A program made the translations under genes and the position numbers. Source: Terriglobia bacterium (GTDB taxonomy: Bacteria > Acidobacteriota > Terriglobia > 2-12-FULL-54-10). Taken from it: a DNA stretch of 64,000 nt. The notes under the pieces were generated by a model. The model saw nothing but the letters and a program-made list of their open reading frames with translations, did not search any database and was not told where the DNA came from. Position 1 is the stretch's first letter; each line of letters begins with the position of its first letter. This document shows positions 47,914 to 56,094 of this stretch, in pieces. The stretch spans positions 704,001 to 768,000 of the forward strand of contig CAXVYR010000003.1 of the NCBI GenBank assembly GCA_963666975.2, written 5' to 3'.

Positions 47914-48306
47914 ATGGTAATTCGCAAAGTTTTGCTGGCCGAAGATGATGAGGACATTCAAAAGGTAGCTCAGATCAGCCTCCAGTTTCGGGGAGGCTGG
48001 GAAGTGGAGCTGGCTACGAACGGCGAGGAGTGTATAGCCAAGGCACTCCAGAATCGTCCCGATCTGATCCTGCTCGACTGTATGATGCCCCAAATGGACG
48101 GTTATGAGGCTTGCCGCAGGCTCAAGCAAGACCCCTCGCTGAGGGATATCCCGGTGATCTTTCTGACGGCCAAGTCGCAGGAACGAGAAGTCAAAAAAGG
48201 CCTTTCGCTGGGCGCGATCGGCTACCTGATCAAACCCTTCAACCCCATGACCCTGGCCGAAGAAATCCGGCAGATTCTCGGAGTGGAAGAAGAGACCTCT
48301 TCATGA
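47914..48306 (+). CDS. Single-domain response regulator
   Basis: LAEDD, LLDCMMPQMDG, LTA and KPF motifs. Confidence 0.95.
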   Translation: MVIRKVLLAEDDEDIQKVAQISLQFRGGWEVELATNGEECIAKALQNRPDLILLDCMMPQMDGYEACRRLKQDPSLRDIPVIFLTAKSQEREVKKGLSLGAIGYLIKPFNPMTLAEEIRQILGVEEETSS

Positions 48307-49430
48307 AGAAACCACCCCAAAAAAAACCGCCCCGGAAGATGCCCTCGCGACGCGCCCCGGCCACGGCGCCAAAACTTCCCGTGGACCCGGCCAGCATTCT
48401 CGAAGGTTTGCCGGATGGCGTTCTGGTGACCGACAGCGACTGGCAGATTTGCTATGCGAATCGGGCTTTGCTGCACGCCGTGAAATGTTCTGAAAAGGAC
48501 CTATTAGGGACACCCCTCCGCCTGCTTCCAGGCAAAACCGGCCTTGGAGATTCTTCGAGCGACCTGTTCCACTATCTAGCCCATTTGACGTCCTCCCCTC
48601 CGGAGCAAACGGAAGTAAAGACGGTCAGCGTACAAACACCCGCGCGGAAATATTTCCGCATCACCACCCAACCCTACCGCCCAACGCATTCCAAAACGGA
48701 CGGCTATATCCTCACGTTTGCCGACGCCACCCGCGAAGGAGAGATCGATGAGATGAAGAGCGAATTCATCGCCGTGGCCTCTCACGAACTGCGCACCCCC
48801 ATGACCTCCATCAAGGGTTCCCTGGAGCTTCTGCTGGGAGGGTACGCGGGCGCGATGCCTGAGGATGCGAACGAATTACTGGGGATATCCCTCACAGCCG
48901 TGGACCGGCTGATCCGGCTGGTCAACGATATGCTGGACATCGCCAAGATTGAATCCGGAAAGATGGAATTTCACCTGGCGCATCTGAATGTGACCGAGTG
49001 CATAGAGAAGTCCATGCGCAGCATCCGCTCTCTGGCAGAAGCGCACCATGTCTCCTTTCAGATTGAGCAGCCGGAGAATATCCCGGCCGTGTTTGCCGAC
49101 CGCGACCGTCTGGAGCAGATCATCACGAATCTGCTTTCCAACGCTCTAAAGTATTCCCCCGCCAACAGCGTCGTACACATTCGCACTAGCAGCCGGAATG
49201 ACACCGTCCGTGTTTCTGTAACTGACCAAGGTCCCGGAGTTCCCCCCAGCAAAATTCACAAGGTGTTTGACCGGTTTCAACAGTTGGAGGGAGCCAAAAA
49301 AGGCACCGGCCTGGGGCTCGCCATCTGCCGGGCACTCGTGGAACAGCAGCGAGGCAAGATCTGGGTGGAAAGCGTACCCGGCCAAGGAGCTGAATTCCAC
49401 TTTGAACTCCCCGCCGCTCCGGCTGACTAG
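48303..49430 (+). CDS. Soluble PAS histidine kinase
   Basis: PAS-like LPDGVLVTD...YAN; SHELRTPMT, NLLSNALKY and GTGLGLAIC. Confidence 0.94.
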   Translation: MKKPPQKKPPRKMPSRRAPATAPKLPVDPASILEGLPDGVLVTDSDWQICYANRALLHAVKCSEKDLLGTPLRLLPGKTGLGDSSSDLFHYLAHLTSSPPEQTEVKTVSVQTPARKYFRITTQPYRPTHSKTDGYILTFADATREGEIDEMKSEFIAVASHELRTPMTSIKGSLELLLGGYAGAMPEDANELLGISLTAVDRLIRLVNDMLDIAKIESGKMEFHLAHLNVTECIEKSMRSIRSLAEAHHVSFQIEQPENIPAVFADRDRLEQIITNLLSNALKYSPANSVVHIRTSSRNDTVRVSVTDQGPGVPPSKIHKVFDRFQQLEGAKKGTGLGLAICRALVEQQRGKIWVESVPGQGAEFHFELPAAPAD

Positions 49431-49588
49431 AGCATTTCACCAATTGGTGTAGTCTGGATGATCTTCGGTAGCCACGGCGAATTGTTTTTTCGCCGTGGGC
49501 TTTTCATTGGCCCTCAACGACCCACGACGAGAAAGCGCTCGTCGTGGCTACCACTGCCCGATATACACGAACGAGAGAAATGCTCTAG
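49427..49588. mobile_element. MITE-like element with 12-bp terminal inverted repeats enclosing a GTAG-type REP doublet
   Basis: CTAGAGCATTTC...GAAATGCTCTAG ends; internal hairpins GTAGCCACGGCGA..TCGCCGTGG and CCACGACGAG..CTCGTCGTGGCTAC. Confidence 0.75.
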
Positions 49589-49681
49589 CGTTCCTGATCC
49601 TGCCTGAATCCCAAACTAGGGTGTCCCATTGATAACCGGCCAGAGGGCTGGCGGGGAAAAAGTGAAGATACCGCCGGCAGG

Positions 49682-50494
49682 CTAACCGGCTGCCAGAACG
49701 CGGAGGATAGTGCCCAGCTTGGGGTCGTTGCTCCGTTTTCCGCACAGAACCGAGCGTCGATGTTTCAAGTCAAGCACCACAATGTTGACGTGGCTGCTTC
49801 GGGAGGAATTTTCCTTCCGGTTACAATAGGCGCGGCACATTTTCAGCGCGTTCTCTCCATCGATGAGCGAATGGAACGCCAGAACAAAAACGAACGAGCT
49901 GCCTTTCCAGCCCGAACGGTGCTTGCTGATCAGGGCTTGCAACTGCACCAGAGCTTCTCGCGCCTTGCCGGGGCTGAGTGTCGGGCAAAGACGCAAACTG
50001 ACCCAGTAGTTCCTGCCCCACGTTTTCCCCAGGTAACTCCATAGCCAGTCTTTTTCCCGCTCCTCCCGCAGATTCAAGGCCTCCCCTTGCTGGCCAACTG
50101 CGACCTTCAATTTTTGCAGAAAATCCTGGGCCACCGTTTTATCTAAGTCGGGGTTGGAAGCAGCTGCGCGAACATTCGTCACCGGGGCAGAGGTCATCGT
50201 TTCCCAAGCCGCCGGGGTCATCGGACTCTGATCCTGCGAAGGTTTTTTTTCTGCTGCTGTCCTCTGGCGGTCGTGATCGGCTCTTCGCTTGCTGTCGGAG
50301 AGGACAGCAACAGCCTCGTTGATCTCGACCATCCGCTGGTAGGCTAAATCGGCATCATCTTCCGGCTGAAGGCGGTCCGGATGGTAGCGTTGGACCAGGG
50401 AGCGGTAGGCTTTCTTAATTACGTCCTGGGTGGCGTCGGGAGACACACCCAGCATGGCATAGTAGTCTTTGACTGCCGGATTACGAGACCCCAT
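49682..50494 (-). CDS. J-domain protein with unknown C-terminal domain
   Basis: DYYAMLGV, YHPD and INEAVAVLSD; overlaps the 3' end of the ATPase gene. Confidence 0.9.
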   Translation of the reverse strand: MGSRNPAVKDYYAMLGVSPDATQDVIKKAYRSLVQRYHPDRLQPEDDADLAYQRMVEINEAVAVLSDSKRRADHDRQRTAAEKKPSQDQSPMTPAAWETMTSAPVTNVRAAASNPDLDKTVAQDFLQKLKVAVGQQGEALNLREEREKDWLWSYLGKTWGRNYWVSLRLCPTLSPGKAREALVQLQALISKHRSGWKGSSFVFVLAFHSLIDGENALKMCRAYCNRKENSSRSSHVNIVVLDLKHRRSVLCGKRSNDPKLGTILRVLAAG

Positions 50495-52940
50495 AGGTGC
50501 GGCGCAACAACCGTGTTAACCGAGCGTTGAGTTCGGCGACGTTGAAGGGTTTGGAGACGTAATCATCCGTTCCCACCATGTAGCCCCGGATTCTCCCCTC
50601 TTCACTTGGGCTGGCCGTCAGCATCATGATGGGAATAAACGCCGTCGCTACCTGAGACCGCAGCTTCTCGCAGACTTCAAATCCATCCATCCCGGGCATC
50701 ATGATGTCCAGAATAATCAAGTCGGGTTGCATCGTCCCGGCCCGTTCCACGCCTTCGGCTCCATTGGCGGCAAGCTCTGTTTCAATTGCAAAAGGTAATT
50801 GTTCGAGGGATTTTTCCAGGATGGTCCGAATGGACGGGTCGTCGTCGACGATCAGAATTTTGGGCTTCTTCGAGGGGGCCTCTTCCTCGCCTGATTTGCC
50901 CGCTGCAGCCTGGCCAGCCCCACCCGGGACCGATGCCCTGCGGTCGGGAGTTTTTCTCGGCGCCGCCCGCCGGTCGAGGGTATTCCGCTGATTGGGGAGA
51001 GAGGTGACGCCCACTTCCTTTGCGGCTGTCTCAGCCTGCTCGGGCAGCATCCGCATGGGTTCTACCGTTTCCTCCGTGACCGGAGACTTGCAATAAGGAC
51101 AAACCTTCCAGCCTCTCTTCAATTGCTGGTTGCAGGTCTGACACAGCAGCTTCAAAGAAGTCAGGCAATTGGGACAAATAGCAAATTCCGCCTCAATAAA
51201 CGCTTTACAACTGGGACAACGGTTGCGGAAACTCGCCTCCTCTTCCTCAAACTGCAACACACGGAACAATTCGCTGAGAGCGGTCTTCCCGTTCCGGATA
51301 TTTTCCAGGCCTCGGTCCAGAAGGAACCGCATCCCTTGCTGGCGCATCGCCGCTTCGATCTCGAAATCGGAAGCTTTGCGGATAACCATCTCGCGGAGCA
51401 CGTTCGTCATCGGCAGCATCTCGTAAATTGCCCAGCGGCCGGTGAACCCGGTGCCCGAGCACTTAGAACACCCTACCGCTTTGTAGTAAGTCCCCTCGGA
51501 TCGGTCCGCGCCCAGCTTTTTGAGCAATCCCTCCGGAGGATCATAAGCCTCTTTGCAATCGTCGCAGAGTTTTCGGAGCAGACGCTGGGCGATGATCAGC
51601 GAGATTGAGGAAGTCAGCAGAATAGGGTCCACGCCCAGGTCCATCAACCGGCTCAAGGTGGCGGTGGCGCTGTTGGTATGCAGGGTGGAGAGGACCAAGT
51701 GGCCCGTCATGGCGGCATGGAAGCCAATATCGGTCGTCTCCGCATCGCGCATCTCGCCGACCAGAATCACATCCGGGTCCTGGCGGAGGATCGAGCGCAG
51801 TGAGTGAGCAAACGTCAGCCCCGCCTTCAGGTTCACCTGGACTTGGTTGATGCCGGCCATTTGATATTCAATCGGATCCTCTACGGTCACGATGTTCAGG
51901 TCTGGGCTCTTCCGCATGGCCAGGCAGGCATAGAGGGTAGTGCTCTTCCCGCTTCCGGTCGGTCCGGTAACGAGGATCAATCCCTGAGGTTGCATTACGG
52001 AGCGCATCAGAATATGCAGATCGTCATCTTCTAATCCCAATTGCTCCACCGTCGGCAGGTCAGTGCCCGAGGAAAGGACCCTCATAACCACTTTTTCCCC
52101 GAAGTGCGTGGGCAGGGTCGAGACACGAAGGTCGTAGGATTTGCCGACCCGCTGCACCTTCAGGCGCCCGTCCTGCGGCATGCGTCGCTCGCTGATATCC
52201 AGCCGGGCCAGAATTTTCACCCGCGAGCAGATGGGGTTCGCCAGCCATTTCGGCAACTGCATCAACGGCCGCAACACGCCGTCAATGCGAAGGCGCACCT
52301 GCACGTCATTCAACGTCGGCTCGATGTGGATATCGGTGCCGCGCTGCGCGATCCCGTCCTGGATAATCAGATTGACCACCTTGATCACAGGCGCCATCTC
52401 AGCTTGGCTGCGGCTGTCGGAGAGGTCCACATCGGCATCGTCGCCCTCGCCGCCGGTGACGATTTGAAACTCTTTGGCGTCTTCCAGGTTATCCGTGAAG
52501 GCCCGCAAAGCGTCGTCGGGTTCGTAGTATTTCTCGATGGCGTCCAGAACCTCTGTCTTCGTGCACACCACCACCTTCAGCGGTTTGCCGACGCTGAATT
52601 CGATATCCTGCATGGCGCGGTAATCGGTGGGGTTCGCCATCGCCAGCAGCAGGTGGCGGCCTTCCTGGCGGATGGGGATGCAGATGTATTTCCGGGCCGT
52701 CTCTTGCGGGAGCATTTTCACCGCTTCGGGATCGACGTTGGCCGTCGCCAGGTTGACGCGGGGGAAGCGCGCATAGGCAGCCAGAGAATCGGCCAGCCCC
52801 TCTTCGCTGACCCGCTCATCGGCCAGAATGGACTCGATCAGGGATTTATTCTCCGTCGAGCATTTGACAATGGCATTCTTGAGTTCCTCGTGTGTTACCC
52901 CTCCCGCTTGAACCAAGTGCTGCTTCGTCTTTTCGGCCAT
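50481..52940 (-). CDS. PilB/GspE-family ATPase fused to a double zinc ribbon and a C-terminal receiver domain
   Basis: TDIHIEP, PQDGR, GPTGSGKST, VEDPIE, LRQDPDVILVGEMRD; CPSC/CPNC/CQTC/CPYC; VDDD...LDIMMPGMDG...KPF. Confidence 0.94.
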   Translation of the reverse strand: MAEKTKQHLVQAGGVTHEELKNAIVKCSTENKSLIESILADERVSEEGLADSLAAYARFPRVNLATANVDPEAVKMLPQETARKYICIPIRQEGRHLLLAMANPTDYRAMQDIEFSVGKPLKVVVCTKTEVLDAIEKYYEPDDALRAFTDNLEDAKEFQIVTGGEGDDADVDLSDSRSQAEMAPVIKVVNLIIQDGIAQRGTDIHIEPTLNDVQVRLRIDGVLRPLMQLPKWLANPICSRVKILARLDISERRMPQDGRLKVQRVGKSYDLRVSTLPTHFGEKVVMRVLSSGTDLPTVEQLGLEDDDLHILMRSVMQPQGLILVTGPTGSGKSTTLYACLAMRKSPDLNIVTVEDPIEYQMAGINQVQVNLKAGLTFAHSLRSILRQDPDVILVGEMRDAETTDIGFHAAMTGHLVLSTLHTNSATATLSRLMDLGVDPILLTSSISLIIAQRLLRKLCDDCKEAYDPPEGLLKKLGADRSEGTYYKAVGCSKCSGTGFTGRWAIYEMLPMTNVLREMVIRKASDFEIEAAMRQQGMRFLLDRGLENIRNGKTALSELFRVLQFEEEEASFRNRCPSCKAFIEAEFAICPNCLTSLKLLCQTCNQQLKRGWKVCPYCKSPVTEETVEPMRMLPEQAETAAKEVGVTSLPNQRNTLDRRAAPRKTPDRRASVPGGAGQAAAGKSGEEEAPSKKPKILIVDDDPSIRTILEKSLEQLPFAIETELAANGAEGVERAGTMQPDLIILDIMMPGMDGFEVCEKLRSQVATAFIPIMMLTASPSEEGRIRGYMVGTDDYVSKPFNVAELNARLTRLLRRTYGVS

Positions 52941-53137
52941 AAAATATGCGCCCTCAGAGTTCTACAGACATCCCTTCTTGGGCCACGAAGCAGGAGTACG
53001 GATAATTCCGCTCCGCAATGGTCTTCTGGCAAAATTCCAGGATATGGTCCATGAATGCGTCGTCATGGGATGGGTCATGGTGGAAGATGGCCATGCGGCC
53101 GACCTCGGCCTGTGCGGCCCGCTCCAAAGCATCTAAA

Positions 53138-54604
53138 CCCGCATTTCCAGTTTGAAACTGTAGAAGCAACCTTCGACTAGCCTCCAACATCAATATTGAT
53201 GCTGGTTTCAGCATCAACATTGGCGTGCGGAGGTATACACCGAATGGGTGAGAGACAAAATCAGCCATTTCAACTCACTTTTAATGCCTCGTTGAAGGTC
53301 GCTTTCCACGGATCGAGGGTCACCTCCAACGGAGGGTTGATTCTGGTACGGGAGTTGGACGAACGATTGGGATTCGGTGAACTCATCAAGCAGCACCTAG
53401 CCGATCCTCGGGGGAAGAACACACGGTTGCCCCTCGCGGACCTGCTACGGCAGTCGGTGTACAGTCGCTTGGCTGGATACGAGGATGTGAACGATGCCGA
53501 GCAACTCTCACGAGATCCGACCTTCCGGCTGATCGGTTCCGAGAAGAATTGGGATCGAGGGGCAGCACTGCCATCCCGGTTGCAAACCTTCGAGACGGAG
53601 GTGCTGGCTGAGGAGGAGAACTTCGCAGGGCTGGCACGGCTGAACCGGGAACTGATCGGCAGGGCAGAAGCAATCGATTCGCCGTACCGGGTAGTGCTCG
53701 ACATGGACTCGACTGAGATCCCGGTCTACGGGGAGCAGGAGCAAAGCGCCTACAACGGGCACTTCGAGTCCACCTGTTATCATCCGGTGCTTCTGTTCAA
53801 TGGAGGCGGCGATTGTCTAGCGGCCAAGCTCCGTGCCGGCAACGTCCATAGTGCCGAAGGCTGGGAAGAACTTCTGTTGCCGGAGATCGAACGCCAGCAG
53901 TTGATGGGGAAAGAAGTCGTGTTTCGGGCTGACGCGGCCTTTGCCAAGCCGGAGGTTTACGAAGCGTTGGAGGAGCGGGGTGTGAAGTATGCCATCCGCA
54001 TCCCTTCCAACGAGAACCTCCAGCGGGACATCGAGGAGTTGCTGAAACGTCCGGTAGGAAGGCCGGGCCAGAAGCCGTTGGTGGAGTACAAGGGGTTTCT
54101 GTACCAAGCCGAGAGTTGGAAGACGGCCCGACGGGTGGTAGCCAAGGTAGAACATCATCCGGGGGAGTTGTTCCCGCGAGTGGGGTTCATTGTGACGAAT
54201 CTGACGCTTCCGAGTCGGGCGGTGGTGCGTTTCTATAATAAGCGAGGGACAGCAGAGCAGTGGATTAAGGAAGGCAAGCAGGCGGTGAAGATGACGCGGC
54301 TCAGTTGCCATCGGTCCGCTCCAAAGGTACGGCTGTGGCTGACCATCATTGCCTATAATCTGGGAAATCTTTGGCGGCGGCTGGTGCTGCCACAGAGAAT
54401 CGGGAACTGGTCCCTGACGAGCTTGCAGCAGCGGTTGGTGAAAACCGGAGGACGCCTGATTAAGCATGCCCGCTACTATTGGCTATTGCTGGCAGAGAGC
54501 CATCTGACGAGACGTTTATTTGCTAGCATGCTGGGGCGAATAGATGGGCTGTCGCTTCCGTCGGGATAGCCTAGCCTGCGGCGCACCCAAGAAAATGATT
54601 CCGA
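53138..54604 (+). mobile_element. IS1380-family insertion sequence
   Basis: Transposase ORF flanked by CTAAA direct repeats (53133-53137 and 54605-54609); removing the element restores the host reading frame at the junction. Confidence 0.88.
53244..54569 (+). CDS. IS1380-family transposase
   Basis: TSNGGL, GYEDVND, LDMDST, YHP, RADAAF and YNKRGTAEQWIKEGK motifs. Confidence 0.95.
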   Translation: MGERQNQPFQLTFNASLKVAFHGSRVTSNGGLILVRELDERLGFGELIKQHLADPRGKNTRLPLADLLRQSVYSRLAGYEDVNDAEQLSRDPTFRLIGSEKNWDRGAALPSRLQTFETEVLAEEENFAGLARLNRELIGRAEAIDSPYRVVLDMDSTEIPVYGEQEQSAYNGHFESTCYHPVLLFNGGGDCLAAKLRAGNVHSAEGWEELLLPEIERQQLMGKEVVFRADAAFAKPEVYEALEERGVKYAIRIPSNENLQRDIEELLKRPVGRPGQKPLVEYKGFLYQAESWKTARRVVAKVEHHPGELFPRVGFIVTNLTLPSRAVVRFYNKRGTAEQWIKEGKQAVKMTRLSCHRSAPKVRLWLTIIAYNLGNLWRRLVLPQRIGNWSLTSLQQRLVKTGGRLIKHARYYWLLLAESHLTRRLFASMLGRIDGLSLPSG

Positions 54605-55752
54605 CTAAAAACGTGCTATGCCCCCATCCCTTTTTTTGTATATTCCTCTTCCGTATATTGCGCTTCGCAGATCAACAGATCTGCTTTTTCAGCAAAACGC
54701 GCAATGGCTAAATCCATCTCATTGGGGCTATCTCCATCAGGCGATAGCTTGCCGTAGGGCTCGTGGTCGCTGAGATACACAAGTGATCGTCCATTGGAGC
54801 AGATGCGGAACCCTATTGCAAGACCTGGGTGGTTCAGGAAAGTGTACGAAACCACCGTGTCTCCAAGCTGCACATCCGACTCCAGCTCGTAAAATTGCAG
54901 TTTGGCCTTCATATCGCCCAAATGGACTGGAAAGTAATCGCTGTCCATCTGTCCCCGGAAGACCTTTTCCAGCGGCTTCCCTGCCCCGTGCAAGCTATAG
55001 ACGGTAAATTCGTTGCCTGACATGAACGCCGGCGCAAAGAAAGGGAACCCCTGGATGTGGTCCCAATGCGTGTGCCCTACAAAAATGTGTCCTTTGATGG
55101 GCTTACTCTGGAACTCTTTGAGCAAGGAGAGTCCGAACGGGCGAATGCCGGTCCCGGCATCTAAAATCAGCAATTGATCTCCACAGCGCACCTCGGTGCA
55201 GGAAGTATTGCCGCCATATTTTACCGTAGCAGACCCTGGAGTCGCGATCGAACCCCGCGTACCCCAGAAACGAACCGTAAACCGCGACTGCTTTTGTTCC
55301 GTCAGATCTTTGATAGTCTGCCAGAATTCGTCCAGGCTGTAGGGCTTGCTTAAAAAACGGTCTGCCCCCAACCGCATGGCTGTTTCCACATCCGAGGAAT
55401 AGGTTTTAGCCGAACTGACTATGACCTTGACATGGTTCAGGCTGGGATCCTTACGAATTTCCTGTATTACCGTGTAGCCATGCATCTTCGGCATCATCAC
55501 GTCCAAAACCACCAGGGTCGGGACGGGATTCGCGGATAACGAGCCGGAGCGCTTCGACCTCCATCGCTGCGCTGGTCAAGATTTGAACAGCCTCGACCTC
55601 GAGAGCCCGTTTGACGGCTATCGCCAGAATAGAAGGGTCATCGTTTCTACTAGAAGCACTTTTGTCATAAGAACTAGAAGAACGTTGCGCTATGGCAGGA
55701 ACGTGAACATAGAATGATCGAGAAGAAATCCTTAAAGCAAGTCATGGGTTGA

Positions 55753-55917
55753 ACACATTTGTTGAATAAGCTGGATGCCGGGGATTCGTTCGTGCGGAGC
55801 GTCCAGCGAAAGGTTTTTCACACACAGAACGTCGTTATCGAAATGTCGGCCGAAGTCCGGAAAAAGACTGGCAATGTTTGCCGCTGGCGCGACGGCGAGA
55901 TGAAATTTCCTGTGTAG
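55753..55917 (+). pseudogene. Possible IS256-family transposase C-terminal remnant
   Basis: Manual translation TQNVVIEMSAEVRKKTGNVCRWRDGEMK resembles the IS256 pattern TN.IE....VR..T.NV.RWRDG.M. Confidence 0.4.
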
Positions 55918-56094
55918 GAATGGCACCGGAAACAACCCCAAACATACTGGGATGGCCTCTAAATTACTTGGCTTGTTGAACGCAGGGTAAGTTGGCAGAC
56001 TGGAGTGAGCTTGTCTGCAAGCAATGAATTTGGGGACAGGCAGAAAACTTTATCACCACAAATGAGGTTTTTGAGCAACAGGAGGAGTTGAACA

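Larger units (their letters stand above)
52954..55668 (-). pseudogene. REC + MBL-fold metallohydrolase interrupted by IS1380, with additional frameshifts
   Basis: REC (MTKVLLV..., LDVMMP, KPY), FWGTRGSI, GGNTSC and HTHWDHIQG. The sequence ...GWGHSTFL resumes as DALERAA...FHHDP on the far side of the IS. Confidence 0.88.

Noticed and set aside
54616-55668. Programmed frameshifting in the REC-MBL gene, and the garbled SCHRSAPK segment of the transposase
   Set aside because: Single-base losses, several at homopolymer runs, recur across the window and are better explained by sequencing error or decay.
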